Origin: Gammaproteobacteria bacterium
GTDB taxonomy: Bacteria > Pseudomonadota > Gammaproteobacteria > SZUA-229
Direction of reading: 5' to 3'
Assembly: GCA_026195895.1 (NCBI GenBank)
Contig: JAPHRO010000030.1
Coordinates: 23,910 to 87,909, forward strand
Length of the DNA stretch: 64,000 nucleotides
The notes under the pieces are model-generated. The model worked only from the letters and a program-made list of their open reading frames with translations. It ran no database searches and had not been told where the DNA came from. Positions 1 to 9,395 of the stretch are shown here, one piece after another (within the stretch, counting starts at the first letter, position 1; every line of letters begins with the position of its first letter). A program made the translations under genes and the position numbers.

Positions 1-570
1 AAAAGCTTCCCGTACCTGGTCGATATCGTTATAGGCCAGGGTCATGGTGTATTCCGCCAGAGCGGCGGGTACGCCGGGTGAGCTGGGAACGCCCAGTGTC
101 AGTGCGCCTGAGCCGGCTTTAACCAGCAGTGAATCAGAGTGGCCATGATAGCAGCCCTCGAATTTCACAATGGTATCGCGACCGGTGAAACCGCGCGCCA
201 GGCGGATGGCGCTCATGGTAGCTTCGGTGCCTGAGCTAACCATGCGAACCAGTTCGATCGAAGGCAGGAGCTGACAGATTTTTTCGGCCATTGCGGTTTC
301 TATAACCGTCGGTGCGCCAAAGCTCAGGCCCTTGTCGGCGGTATCTTTAACCGCCTGAATAACCTCTGGATGGGCGTGGCCCAGAATCATCGGGCCCCAG
401 GAGCCGACATAATCGACATAGCGTTTACCATCGGTATCCCAGGTATAGGCACCCGCCGCCTTATCAATAAATATCGGATCGCCACCCACGCCCTTGAATG
501 CGCGTACCGGTGAATTGACACCGCCGGGAATAAAAGTCTGGGCCTGTTTAAACTGTTCAGCTTGTGACAT
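1..570 (-). CDS. hemL: Glutamate-1-semialdehyde 2,1-aminomutase, N-terminal ~190 aa; the gene runs off the window start
   Basis: Reverse-strand translation from the ATG at 568-570 reads [30 protein letters not shown]...[10 protein letters not shown]...[20 protein letters not shown]..., collinear with E. coli HemL (class III PLP aminotransferase). It is absent from the ORF track because no stop lies within the window. The listed 387..578 ORF is a different frame. Confidence 0.9.
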   Translation of the reverse strand, partial: MSQAEQFKQAQTFIPGGVNSPVRAFKGVGGDPIFIDKAAGAYTWDTDGKRYVDYVGSWGPMILGHAHPEVIQAVKDTADKGLSFGAPTVIETAMAEKICQLLPSIELVRMVSSGTEATMSAIRLARGFTGRDTIVKFEGCYHGHSDSLLVKAGSGALTLGVPSSPGVPAALAEYTMTLAYNDIDQVREAF

Positions 571-735
571 GGGGACATCCTGATGAATTATTTGGAGGCG
601 TGATTTTACATTATTTTTCTCTGCTTGGCAGGTCAGGGGTACGGTTATGGCAGCAAAGACGGTTTAAAATAGATATAGTGATTTGTAGTGGCCAGCAGCC
701 AGGACTGGCAGGCCGCTTTCGATAAGGACTGAAAA

Positions 736-1299
736 ATGAAACCAGAAAAACGCTGTGACTGGGTGACAGATAATGAACTGTACCGGCAATACCATGATCA
801 GGAATGGGGTGTACCCAGTTATGACGACCAGCATCTGTTTGAGATGTTAATTCTGGAAGGCGCCCAGGCCGGTTTAAACTGGATCACTATTTTAAAAAAA
901 AGGGAAGGCTATCGAAAAGCTTTTGATAATTTCGATGCGCAAAAAATGTCTCGCTATAGCCAGAATAAAATTGACAGGCTGTTGCAGAATCCAGCGATTG
1001 TGCGCAATAAATTAAAAGTCAATGCGGCAGTTAATAATGCTAAAGCCTGTCTGCGGGTGGTGGAGGAATTTGGCAGTTTTTCGGATTATATCTGGCAGTT
1101 TGTAAATGGGAAGCCCATTAATAACAGGTGGAAAAAAATTGCGGATGTGCCAGTAACCACCGCCGAGTCAGATGCCATGAGTAAAGATTTAAAAAAACGG
1201 GGATTTAAATTTGTCGGATCAACAATCTGTTACGCATACATGCAGGCAGTGGGAATGGTGAATGATCATACGATGGATTGTTTCAGGTATAAGAAATAA
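736..1299 (+). CDS. tag: DNA-3-methyladenine glycosylase I
   Basis: 187 aa; YHDQEWGVP, FEML(I)LEG(A)QAGL(N)WIT(I)LKKRE and KKRGFKFVGSTICY..MQA.G.VNDH match E. coli Tag along the full length. Confidence 0.95.
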   Translation: MKPEKRCDWVTDNELYRQYHDQEWGVPSYDDQHLFEMLILEGAQAGLNWITILKKREGYRKAFDNFDAQKMSRYSQNKIDRLLQNPAIVRNKLKVNAAVNNAKACLRVVEEFGSFSDYIWQFVNGKPINNRWKKIADVPVTTAESDAMSKDLKKRGFKFVGSTICYAYMQAVGMVNDHTMDCFRYKK

Positions 1300-1355
1300 T
1301 GAAAAATATTTTCAGAGTATGCCTTTGATTGTGCAAATAAAAAACATTGATTCAG

Positions 1356-1547
1356 CTACTCATTTTCATGGAAGGCCTCAATGATTAGTTCATCATCGGC
1401 GGATATGGATATTTTAAAAACAATAGGTCTGCAGCATACCTGGCAGTCTTCGATGTATTCCTGTTGTGCTATTGATCCATCTACCAGAATAGCAATCGGT
1501 TCGCCACAATAAGGGCAGTTCAACTTGTGTTCGACCAGATTTTGCAT
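1356..1547 (-). CDS. Small cysteine-rich CPxCG-type zinc-ribbon protein
   Basis: 63 aa; CPYCGEPI....CQVCCRPI gives two Cys pairs typical of the CPXCG small-protein family. Convergent with tag. Confidence 0.5.
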   Translation of the reverse strand: MQNLVEHKLNCPYCGEPIAILVDGSIAQQEYIEDCQVCCRPIVFKISISADDELIIEAFHENE

Positions 1548-1815
1548 CTATTTTTCTGCCAGATTGTTGATGACGGATATATTAATAATGGTTTCGTCAG
1601 TTTGCTGTTGGGTAATAATTAAGGACGGCGCAAAGCATGCGAATGATTGTGATTAATACTGCTTTGTTCTTTCCTTATACTGGATAAAACTATATTATTT
1701 GAAGTATAGTTTTTTTGAATCCATTATGCGTAGAATTATTCGACTTTTTGAAGGGATAAAGTCGTTTTTGATAATTTTTTGCTTGCAGCGTAAACAGGGA
1801 TTATAACTTTTAGGT

Positions 1816-2115
1816 ATGAACTCAATTTTAGCCAAATATAGATTACATAGCTTGCTTGTCATCAGTATGTTGTTGCTGATGATGCAGTTTGTAACGGCTG
1901 CCCATTCTATTGATCATATCTTTCATGAGCATTCGATTGAATGTGATTTATACCTTGCCTCAGAACATAATAGTTCTGGCTTGCTTAGTGATTTTATCGT
2001 TTTGTCTCCGGCTTTCCAGTCTGGTAGCGAAATAGATTTTTATATATATGCTGATATATCAGTCGATAAAATACAACCCTCAAGTCGTGACCCGCCTGCT
2101 CATCACTTTGTGTAA
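1816..2115 (+). CDS. Small secreted hypothetical protein (His-containing)
   Basis: 99 aa; N-terminal hydrophobic signal-like segment (LLVISMLLLMMQFVTAAHS); HxxxH, HEH patterns; sits directly upstream of the His-rich OM protein and the Znu-like genes. Confidence 0.35.
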   Translation: MNSILAKYRLHSLLVISMLLLMMQFVTAAHSIDHIFHEHSIECDLYLASEHNSSGLLSDFIVLSPAFQSGSEIDFYIYADISVDKIQPSSRDPPAHHFV

Positions 2116-2179
2116 TTAAAATTATTTATTTTAGTTAACAAACGTTTTTTTAACGTTTTGCTAGTGATGAAATTTAACA

Positions 2180-3460
2180 ATGAATTCTAGATATGTTTTC
2201 CCATGCCTGTTCGCAGGCATGGCTATGTCAGGTAATGTCTTATCTGAAACTTTTGATCAACAGGGTATTCAGCAACTGGAGCAGAGAGTCGCACAACTGG
2301 AGGCAGGCGCGTTACCCAATGCGGACAATGCCTTTAATCCAGCGATCAGTATTATTCTTGATGGGCGTTATGCAAATTTTGATGATAACTCTGAAGGCTA
2401 TCATTTACCCGGGTTTCAGTTAGGGGGTGAAGCTGGAGTGGGAGAGACAGGTTTTTCGCTCGGTCATACGGAGATAACTGCCAGTTCCAATATTGATAAT
2501 TACTTTTTCGGCAAAATGACTTTAGCCATTGCCGAGCACGAGGGTGAAACCGAAATTGAACTGGAAGAAGCTTTTTTACAGACGCTGGGTTTGGGGTCTG
2601 GTGTAACACTTACCCTTGGGCGTTTTTTTTCTGATTTTGGTTATCTTAATAAACAACATCCCCATGCCTGGGATTTTGCAGATGCGCCATTGGTGTATCG
2701 CGCGATGATGGGGAATCATTTAATTGATGACGGCGTGCAGTTTTTATATCTGGCGGATAGTGACATGTTCCTGCAGTTTGGCGCTGAAGCATTCCGCGGC
2801 AGCCGGTTTCCCGCAGGTGGCGAGCAGGACAATATTGGTGCCTGGACAGCTTTTGTCGAATTTGGTGACGACATTGATGACAGTAATAGCTGGCAGGCAG
2901 GCATCAGTCATTGGCGGGCAGATAATATTCATCGGGAAGGCGGGCATGGCCATGATCATGGCGGTGGCACTGCGGAAACTCCCGTGTTCATTGGTGAAAG
3001 TAACATGAGTGCGCTGGATCTGGTTTATAAATGGGCGCCCAATGGAAACCCGGTGAACAAAAATTTTAAATTACAGTTTGAATATATTCTGCGTGATGAA
3101 CAGGGTGATGTTGAGCTTGAAGGTTCTGATCCATTGGAAAGCACATCGTATGATGGAGAGCAAACAGGTTGGTATTTACAGGGTGTTTACCAGTTTGCCC
3201 GTCAGTGGCGAACCGGTTTACGCTATGACGCATTGAGTTCTGATAATCGGGCATCTGATGAGAGTGTGTTAGAAGCGGCAGGTTTGCACGATGAAGGGCA
3301 TGATCCCAGACGCATTTCTGCGATGCTTGAGTGGGTGCCTACGGAATTTAGTCGAATTCGATTGCAGTTTAATCGTGACGAATCGACCCTTGTTGCTAAT
3401 AACCAATGGTTTGTGCAGTACACGGTGAGCATGGGTTCTCATGGCGCACATCAATTTTAG
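2180..3460 (+). CDS. Putative outer-membrane beta-barrel protein with His-rich loop (porin-like)
   Basis: 426 aa; signal peptide; N-terminal coiled-coil-like QQLEQRVAQLEAG; alternating hydrophobic beta-strand pattern; C-terminal aromatic residue (…HQF) typical of OMP barrels; HREGGHGHDHGGG His cluster. Co-oriented and 6 bp upstream of a TroA/ZnuA-like binding protein. Confidence 0.5.
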   Translation: MNSRYVFPCLFAGMAMSGNVLSETFDQQGIQQLEQRVAQLEAGALPNADNAFNPAISIILDGRYANFDDNSEGYHLPGFQLGGEAGVGETGFSLGHTEITASSNIDNYFFGKMTLAIAEHEGETEIELEEAFLQTLGLGSGVTLTLGRFFSDFGYLNKQHPHAWDFADAPLVYRAMMGNHLIDDGVQFLYLADSDMFLQFGAEAFRGSRFPAGGEQDNIGAWTAFVEFGDDIDDSNSWQAGISHWRADNIHREGGHGHDHGGGTAETPVFIGESNMSALDLVYKWAPNGNPVNKNFKLQFEYILRDEQGDVELEGSDPLESTSYDGEQTGWYLQGVYQFARQWRTGLRYDALSSDNRASDESVLEAAGLHDEGHDPRRISAMLEWVPTEFSRIRLQFNRDESTLVANNQWFVQYTVSMGSHGAHQF

Positions 3461-3466
3461 TAAAGG

Positions 3467-4381
3467 ATGACTGTAATGCATAAAGTAATAAAATTTATAT
3501 TTGTTATGGCCATGTTCGCATACGCGAACATGGTAAACGCCCAGCTTAATGTATTTACATGTGAGCCGGAGTGGGCTTCACTGGCAAAAGAACTGGGCGG
3601 GGAAAAAATAAAAGTTTTTTCTGCCACCACTGGATTGCAGGACCCACATCATATCCAGGCGCGGCCCAGTTTATTAGCCAGGGCCCGACGCGCAGATTTA
3701 CTGGTCTGCACGGGTGCGGAACTGGAAATTGGCTGGTTGCCTATTCTGTTACGAAAAACGGCTAATGCTGAAATACAGCCAGGAAAACCTGGCAATCTGA
3801 TGGTAACAGAATATTTGTCACTCAAAGATAAGCCCGACCGGCTGGATCGTCGTGAAGGTGATATGCATGCGGAAGGCAATCCCCATGTGCAAACCAGTCC
3901 CTACAATATTTCAAAAATTGCACTTATTTTATTAAAACGATTGCAACAAATTGATGCGGGCAATGCGGCTGTGTACCAAAATAATTATGACGATTTTATA
4001 CAACGCTGGCAGCGAGCCATAGCAAGATGGGAAGAAGAGGCATCGGTCTTGCGCGGAAAATCCCTGATTGTATATCACAGGAACTGGGGGTATATGACCG
4101 ACTGGTTAGGTTTAAATGTTGTTGCTGTAATCGAGCCCAGACCCGGGATACCACCCAGTAGTGCCTATTTGTCAAAAATTATAAAACAGATGGAAGTGTC
4201 GCCAGCCAAAATGATTATTCATGCAGCACATCAACCGGCTAAAGCGAGCGACTGGTTATCGAGTAAACTCGCTATTAAAAAAGTTCAATTGCCGTTTACT
4301 GTGGGCGGCAGTAAAACAGCGCATGATTTGTTTTCCCTGTTTGATGAAACTATTCAACTGCTGGTGTCGGGATTGCAATAA
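3467..4381 (+). CDS. Metal (Zn/Mn-type) ABC transporter substrate-binding protein, TroA/ZnuA family
   Basis: 304 aa; signal peptide; DPHHIQARPS and EGNPHVQTSP motifs correspond to the two metal-ligand DPH / NPH motifs of cluster A-I binding proteins. Confidence 0.8.
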   Translation: MTVMHKVIKFIFVMAMFAYANMVNAQLNVFTCEPEWASLAKELGGEKIKVFSATTGLQDPHHIQARPSLLARARRADLLVCTGAELEIGWLPILLRKTANAEIQPGKPGNLMVTEYLSLKDKPDRLDRREGDMHAEGNPHVQTSPYNISKIALILLKRLQQIDAGNAAVYQNNYDDFIQRWQRAIARWEEEASVLRGKSLIVYHRNWGYMTDWLGLNVVAVIEPRPGIPPSSAYLSKIIKQMEVSPAKMIIHAAHQPAKASDWLSSKLAIKKVQLPFTVGGSKTAHDLFSLFDETIQLLVSGLQ

Positions 4382-5151
4382 TGATGGATGGTCTTGAACT
4401 AAGTATCCTGGGACCTGCTTTTATTGCGGGGCTGTTGGTGTTGATTACCCACGTGCCTCTGGGGCAAAAAGTGTTAGCACGAGGTATTATTTTTATTGAT
4501 CTGGCGATAGCTCAAATAGCGGGCTTGGGCGTGATAGCTGCCTATAGTATGGGCTGGGAAGAACAGACGTACATGGTGCAATTATCTGCCGCTTTGTTTG
4601 CTATAGCCGGTGCATTATTTTTAAGCTGGACAGAAAAATTCTGGGATAATTATCAGGAAGCAATTATTGGGGTGGTATTTGTACTCAGTGCCTGCATAAG
4701 CATTTTGTTATTGGTTGATAATCCGCATGGTGGAGAGCATTTAAAAGAACTATTAGTGGGCCAGGTGCTATGGGTTAATGTTCACCAGCTTATTTATGCC
4801 GCCACTGTTACCGGCTGCATTGTTGCATTCTGGTTGTTTTTGAAAAATAAATTATCCGGAATTTGGTTCTATATATTGTTTTCCATTGCAGTAACCACTT
4901 CGGTGCAACTGGTTGGCGTATATCTGGTGTTTTCCAGTCTTATAATGCCTGCTTTGTTTGTTTCAATAGCTGGCAGGGAAAAGAAACTGACCGATGCCTA
5001 TGTCATTGGCATAGTCGGCTATGCCCTGGGTTTATTGTTGTCGGCCTGGCTGGATTTACCTAGTGGACCCATGATTGTTGTGCTACTGGCTTTTTCCGGA
5101 GTCTTGTATGTTGCGGTAAACCGATATGTCTCTGGCCTCAAGCAGGTCTGA
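4381..5151 (+). CDS. Metal ABC transporter permease (ZnuB-like)
   Basis: 256 aa; 7-8 predicted TM segments; size and hydrophobicity profile of ZnuB/MntB-type permeases; start codon overlaps the binding-protein stop (ATGATGG). Confidence 0.75.
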   Translation: MMDGLELSILGPAFIAGLLVLITHVPLGQKVLARGIIFIDLAIAQIAGLGVIAAYSMGWEEQTYMVQLSAALFAIAGALFLSWTEKFWDNYQEAIIGVVFVLSACISILLLVDNPHGGEHLKELLVGQVLWVNVHQLIYAATVTGCIVAFWLFLKNKLSGIWFYILFSIAVTTSVQLVGVYLVFSSLIMPALFVSIAGREKKLTDAYVIGIVGYALGLLLSAWLDLPSGPMIVVLLAFSGVLYVAVNRYVSGLKQV

Positions 5152-5212
5152 CTGATGTTCCAGTGCATAAGCTATACTTGTGTATGCTACTGGATGATAA
5201 AGGTCTATTGAT

Positions 5213-5623
5213 ATGCAAAAATGTCGTGAGTGCCAGCACCGAGTGAGTGAACAGGCTTTTAGCTGCCCACAATGTGGTGCGCCTTATCCAGCCAAAGAAA
5301 AATGGGATGGCTGGGGATTTGAATATAAATCAGCAGCAGCATTCCTGGGTTGGCCTTTGCTACATATATCGTTTAAATTTCGTCCGAATAAGATGCCGGT
5401 GCCAGCAAAGGGTATTATTTCCATTGGCCAGTTTGGCATGGGTGTCATAAATATTTCGCAATTTGGTATAGGCGTGTTTAGTTTAAGCCAGTTTACGATT
5501 GCCGGATTTGCCGTCGCCCAGTTTGGAGTTGCTTATTCGCTGGTGGCGCAATTTGGAATATATGTTGAGCAGGGTTATGGACAGATGGTTGTGCAACTTG
5601 GCGAGCTTTTTTCCGGGGTATAA
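5213..5623 (+). CDS. Zinc-ribbon protein with five tandem QFGxGV hydrophobic repeats
   Basis: 136 aa; N-terminal C-x2-C-x13-C-x2-C (CRECQ…CPQCG); C-terminal half ISIGQFGMGV / INISQFGIGV / FSLSQFTIAG / FAVAQFGVAY / SLVAQFGIYV. Confidence 0.5.
   Translation: MQKCRECQHRVSEQAFSCPQCGAPYPAKEKWDGWGFEYKSAAAFLGWPLLHISFKFRPNKMPVPAKGIISIGQFGMGVINISQFGIGVFSLSQFTIAGFAVAQFGVAYSLVAQFGIYVEQGYGQMVVQLGELFSGV
5414..5590 (+). repeat. Five tandem 33-nt coding repeats (cagtttggNNtNggNgtN…)
   Basis: DNA units cagtttggcatgggtgtc / caatttggtataggcgtg / cagtttacgattgccgga / cagtttggagttgcttat / caatttggaatatatgtt, spaced 33 nt apart inside the 5213..5623 CDS. Confidence 0.5.
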
Positions 5624-5636
5624 AAACTAATATGTT

Positions 5637-6125
5637 TTAATTTGACTGTTGCCTGGTCAGGCTAATAACAACGGTGAAATAGGCAGCTATCACCCCCAGT
5701 ATCAAAGCTGAAACATCCAGCATATCAAAATGGCCATAGATAAAATAATTGGCGATAGCGTGATTAAACCAGTCGGGTAGTATGTCAATAATAGAGTCCG
5801 TCATTGATGGTTGCTGACCAATTTCAAATAGCAACTCTACCACCAGCCAGAAAATACAAATCAGACGCAGAGTTATAATATTTGCAGAAATAACCGCAGT
5901 GCTTAAAAGAATAAAAGCATAAATATGCAGAAAAGAGGGTATTGAGTAAATGATGCTGTTCGAAAAGACCTGCGGCATGAGATTTGTTTCCGGCAGGTAA
6001 TTGAGGAAAAGTGGTTGTTGGTGTAATCGAGTTGTGAGATATAACAACACACCTGTTAATAGCGCCGAAAGTGCTGCTACTAACAGGAGTGTCCTGTTCT
6101 TATTTGTCCATTTATATTGAATCAT
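5637..6125 (-). CDS. Small integral membrane protein, unknown function
   Basis: About 160 aa from MIQYKW…; four hydrophobic helices. The ORF-track start at 6188 overlaps the upstream gene, so the internal Met at 6125 is preferred. Immediately downstream of the PKD-repeat protein on the same strand. Confidence 0.45.
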   Translation of the reverse strand: MIQYKWTNKNRTLLLVAALSALLTGVLLYLTTRLHQQPLFLNYLPETNLMPQVFSNSIIYSIPSFLHIYAFILLSTAVISANIITLRLICIFWLVVELLFEIGQQPSMTDSIIDILPDWFNHAIANYFIYGHFDMLDVSALILGVIAAYFTVVISLTRQQSN

Positions 6126-6151
6126 TTTTCTGGCTGATGATTTGATTTCTA

Positions 6152-7834
6152 TTAAGGGCAATCTCCTGGGTTTGCGCCGCAACGGCAACCGCTAAGGGTT
6201 TCAATTTGAACTTCGGCCATAACGGTACCCGTAAAGGCGGCATCAATTCGGTAATACATGTTATCCGCAATATTACGCACCACGAAGGATGGTGAGTTAA
6301 TATCGCTAATCGGATTTGCATGGCTTCGACTAAATTCTTCCCAAACCGCAGGAAGAAGTATCGTGAATTCGGCCTGATCCGGGAAATTGGTGCCATCAGG
6401 AATTATGGCCTGATAAACCACCGAATCGGGAATGGGGCCACCTCCTGCTGTCGCGCTTATTTCATCACTGCCGGCTGCATCAATCTGAATATAAGTTGCC
6501 ACTTCACCCATGTCTGGTGCAAATGGCAAAGCGGTTACCAGCGACAGTGGCGTTGAGCAGGCGCCTGGTAAGCTGGTGGTGGATATACGAACAATATCCG
6601 GATAGCTATCATCAGTGCCATCATTGACCACTAGCCGAACCAGATAATTGCCATCACGATCCGGCGTGAGCTGAGTAGTTTGTGTGTCTAATGATGACAG
6701 GGCAGCCGTGCTTCCCGTCGGTTGTTTAATCAACGTCCAGACATAAGTGAGGGTTTGCATTTCGGGATCGCTGCTGCCATTGCCGTTTAAGTTGACAGTG
6801 ACCCCGGTGTTGACACTTTGATCGACGCCGCCATCGGCAATGGGTAGCTGATTATTGCTGGCGATGACGACCACGCGATCTTCGTAGATATCGTCCAGCG
6901 ATCGACTGCTGTCACGAAAGCCGTCGTTGACGCGCAGTCGAATCAGATAAGCGCCTGCGACATCGGCAATGAAAGAAGGCTGCATGCCTGTTTTATCGGT
7001 TAGCTGTGTGGAACTGCCCGTGGGTCGATAAAGCATGCGCCAGTTATAGGACAGGGGGTTGCCATAGGCGCTGTAACTGTTTTGGCCATTGAGTTGCACC
7101 TGGCTACCGATATTAACGAACTGGTCGGTGCCGGCTACGGCAACCGGTAGTGAAAAGTCGCTATTTTTTGATCGGATAATCACAGTATTGCTCGCACTAT
7201 CGACGGCACCATCATTGACGACCAGGTCGAGCATGTAATCAGTATCGCTATCAGCAACAAATGTGGTTGTGGCTGATGTTGTGCTGGAAAGTGTGGCTGA
7301 AGCAGAGCCTGGCTGGAAACTCCAGTTATACGACAGTGAGTTATCGTCGGCATCGGTCGCAGTGCCATTGAGTTGCACGGTGTCACCGACGCTCACTTCC
7401 TGGTAGGCGCCCGCTTCGGCAACCGGTCTGGCATTGCCGGTATAGGCGGTGATTCTGGTGGTGATCGATTCCTGGTTGGCGCCCGTTGAAGTTTTCAGGG
7501 TAGCAACATATTCGCCGTCTACATCCGCTATAAAACTGCTCATCATGGTGAAATCAGTCAGGACACTGCTGCTATCTGCAGGTTTGGAGGTTAATTGCCA
7601 GATAAAATCCAGATAGGCGGTATCGGGTGCGGCTTCGGTGAAATCGCTACAGCGTCCATCCAGAATGACTCGCGAGCCGGTGCGCACGTGCTGGCTTTTT
7701 CCGATGCACGATAGGGTGGTTTGTGTATAGCTATTGCTACCGGTGCCAATAATACTAAGCAGTCCAACGGCAACTACAACACCCAGTGCAGAAAATTGAA
7801 TTAAAAATTTGTAGATACTGGATCGATTTTTCAT
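6152..7834 (-). CDS. Secreted protein with four PKD/Ig-like repeat domains
   Basis: 560 aa; signal peptide (FSALGVVVAVGLLSIIGTGS); repeated ~90-aa modules each ending L(V/R)VNDG..D(S): LDLVVNDGAVDSAS, LRVNDGFRDSS, LVVNDGTDDS, plus a first degenerate copy; C-terminal Cys-rich tail CRCGANPGDCP. Confidence 0.65.
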   Translation of the reverse strand: MKNRSSIYKFLIQFSALGVVVAVGLLSIIGTGSNSYTQTTLSCIGKSQHVRTGSRVILDGRCSDFTEAAPDTAYLDFIWQLTSKPADSSSVLTDFTMMSSFIADVDGEYVATLKTSTGANQESITTRITAYTGNARPVAEAGAYQEVSVGDTVQLNGTATDADDNSLSYNWSFQPGSASATLSSTTSATTTFVADSDTDYMLDLVVNDGAVDSASNTVIIRSKNSDFSLPVAVAGTDQFVNIGSQVQLNGQNSYSAYGNPLSYNWRMLYRPTGSSTQLTDKTGMQPSFIADVAGAYLIRLRVNDGFRDSSRSLDDIYEDRVVVIASNNQLPIADGGVDQSVNTGVTVNLNGNGSSDPEMQTLTYVWTLIKQPTGSTAALSSLDTQTTQLTPDRDGNYLVRLVVNDGTDDSYPDIVRISTTSLPGACSTPLSLVTALPFAPDMGEVATYIQIDAAGSDEISATAGGGPIPDSVVYQAIIPDGTNFPDQAEFTILLPAVWEEFSRSHANPISDINSPSFVVRNIADNMYYRIDAAFTGTVMAEVQIETLSGCRCGANPGDCP

Positions 7835-7960
7835 ATTCCATCCCCTTGCTAATCCTGGTGCGCAATAAATATTTCCTGAAAGGTTAATTAAATTTTAAAA
7901 TGTTGTCTGTCAGGGGTATTGATCTGAGTCAGTTGATTACTAATATGAACAATTGGCTTT

Positions 7961-8593
7961 TTAGAGATTAGTTTTATTATCCAGTAGCTGGCTTATGCGT
8001 TGACTGGCTGCGCGGATATCGGCTGCGTCGAATATGTCCGAAATCACCGCCAGCATATCTGCGCCGGCAGCGACTAACTGGGGCGCATTTGCATGGGTAA
8101 TGCCGCCAATAGTGCAAATCGGGATATTTAGTGTTTTTGCCTGATGAATAAGACTTAGATCGGCTGTTGCCGCTTCAGGCTTGGTGGGTGAGGGGAAAAA
8201 ACTACCAAAAGCAATATAGTTGGCGCCTTCGATTTTGGCCTGCTGGGCCAGTTCGAGTTTATTGTAACAGGACACGCCGATGATTTTTTCAGGGCCTAAT
8301 TTCTGTCTCGCCTGATCAATAGATTCATCGTTGCTGCCAATGTGAACGCCGTCGGCATTGACTTCAAACGCCAGTTCAATATCGTCATTAATAATCAGCA
8401 AGGCCTGATGTTGATCACACAGTTTTTTTAGCTGCAGGGCCTGCTCGAAACGTTTATTAGTGTCACTGGTTTTATCACGATATTGAATAATACGCGCGCC
8501 ACCTGACAGTGTTTGTTCGACAATTTCAATAAAATTTTCCTGAATAAGAAGGTTGGCGCTGGTAATTGCATATAAGCCATGTAGTTGCTTCAT
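7961..8593 (-). CDS. thiE: Thiamine-phosphate synthase
   Basis: 210 aa; LYAIT…, ILINDD.ELA….DGVH.G, IGVSCYN…, IAFGSFF.S.TKP family pattern. Confidence 0.9.
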   Translation of the reverse strand: MKQLHGLYAITSANLLIQENFIEIVEQTLSGGARIIQYRDKTSDTNKRFEQALQLKKLCDQHQALLIINDDIELAFEVNADGVHIGSNDESIDQARQKLGPEKIIGVSCYNKLELAQQAKIEGANYIAFGSFFPSPTKPEAATADLSLIHQAKTLNIPICTIGGITHANAPQLVAAGADMLAVISDIFDAADIRAASQRISQLLDNKTNL

Positions 8594-8600
8594 GGTCGAG

Positions 8601-9392
8601 TTATTTATTCCAGTAAAAACGGTTGGGAATTAATTGTCCACTGCCCGGAGAGTGTGCGTCTTTCAATGATTGCAGGGTATAGTTTTGCGCGCGCCGGATA
8701 GCCTGGCTGATGTCATGGCCCTGAGCAAGCAGGCCCGCAATAGCTGAGGTCAGGGTGCAGCCCGAGCCATGGTATTCATGCTCCAGGCGTTCGGATGAGA
8801 AACTGTTCAGGCAGCGGAAATTGCCAAATAGATGATGCTGTACATCTTTGGTATCTGCATGGCTGCCAGTCACCAGTACATATTCAGTACCCATGTCTAA
8901 TAATTGCATGGCAGCGGCACTGTCGGTGTCCGCTTCTGCGGTAAGCTTATGCAGTTCATGGGTATTCGGTGTTACCAGATAACAGAGAGGAAGCAGCAGA
9001 GATTGAATGGCTTCGATCAAATTCTGTTGTGATAAGCTGGCGCCACCGCCGGCTGCCAGCACCGGATCGAAAATAACCGGGATGTCTGGATAACTGGTTA
9101 AAATACTGTGAATAGCTTCTGCGGTTTCAGCACTCCCCAGCATCCCCAGCTTAATGGCGGCAACGGGCATATCTTCCAGCACGGCACGGGCCTGTTGAAT
9201 AATAATTTCAGCCTTTACCGGTGCGAAATCTTTTACATTATTCGTATCTTGCACCGTTAATGCGGTCACTACTGGCGCTGCATGGCTGCTTTGTGCCGCA
9301 ATGGCTTCAATGTCAGCCTGAATGCCGGCGCCGCCGGTTGGATCGAGTCCGGAAAAACACAGCACAACGGGCTTGTTGGTTTGATTTGTCAT
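8601..9392 (-). CDS. thiD: Hydroxymethylpyrimidine/phosphomethylpyrimidine kinase
   Basis: 263 aa; GLDPTGGAGIQADIE N-terminus, …VTPN..E…, GTGCTL.SAIA ribokinase-like ThiD motifs; 8 bp upstream of thiE. Confidence 0.9.
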   Translation of the reverse strand: MTNQTNKPVVLCFSGLDPTGGAGIQADIEAIAAQSSHAAPVVTALTVQDTNNVKDFAPVKAEIIIQQARAVLEDMPVAAIKLGMLGSAETAEAIHSILTSYPDIPVIFDPVLAAGGGASLSQQNLIEAIQSLLLPLCYLVTPNTHELHKLTAEADTDSAAAMQLLDMGTEYVLVTGSHADTKDVQHHLFGNFRCLNSFSSERLEHEYHGSGCTLTSAIAGLLAQGHDISQAIRRAQNYTLQSLKDAHSPGSGQLIPNRFYWNK

Positions 9393-9395
9393 CGG

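Noticed and set aside
387-578. 63-aa minus-strand ORF in the ORF track
   Set aside because: It is out of frame with, and wholly inside, the strongly supported hemL reading frame on the same strand.
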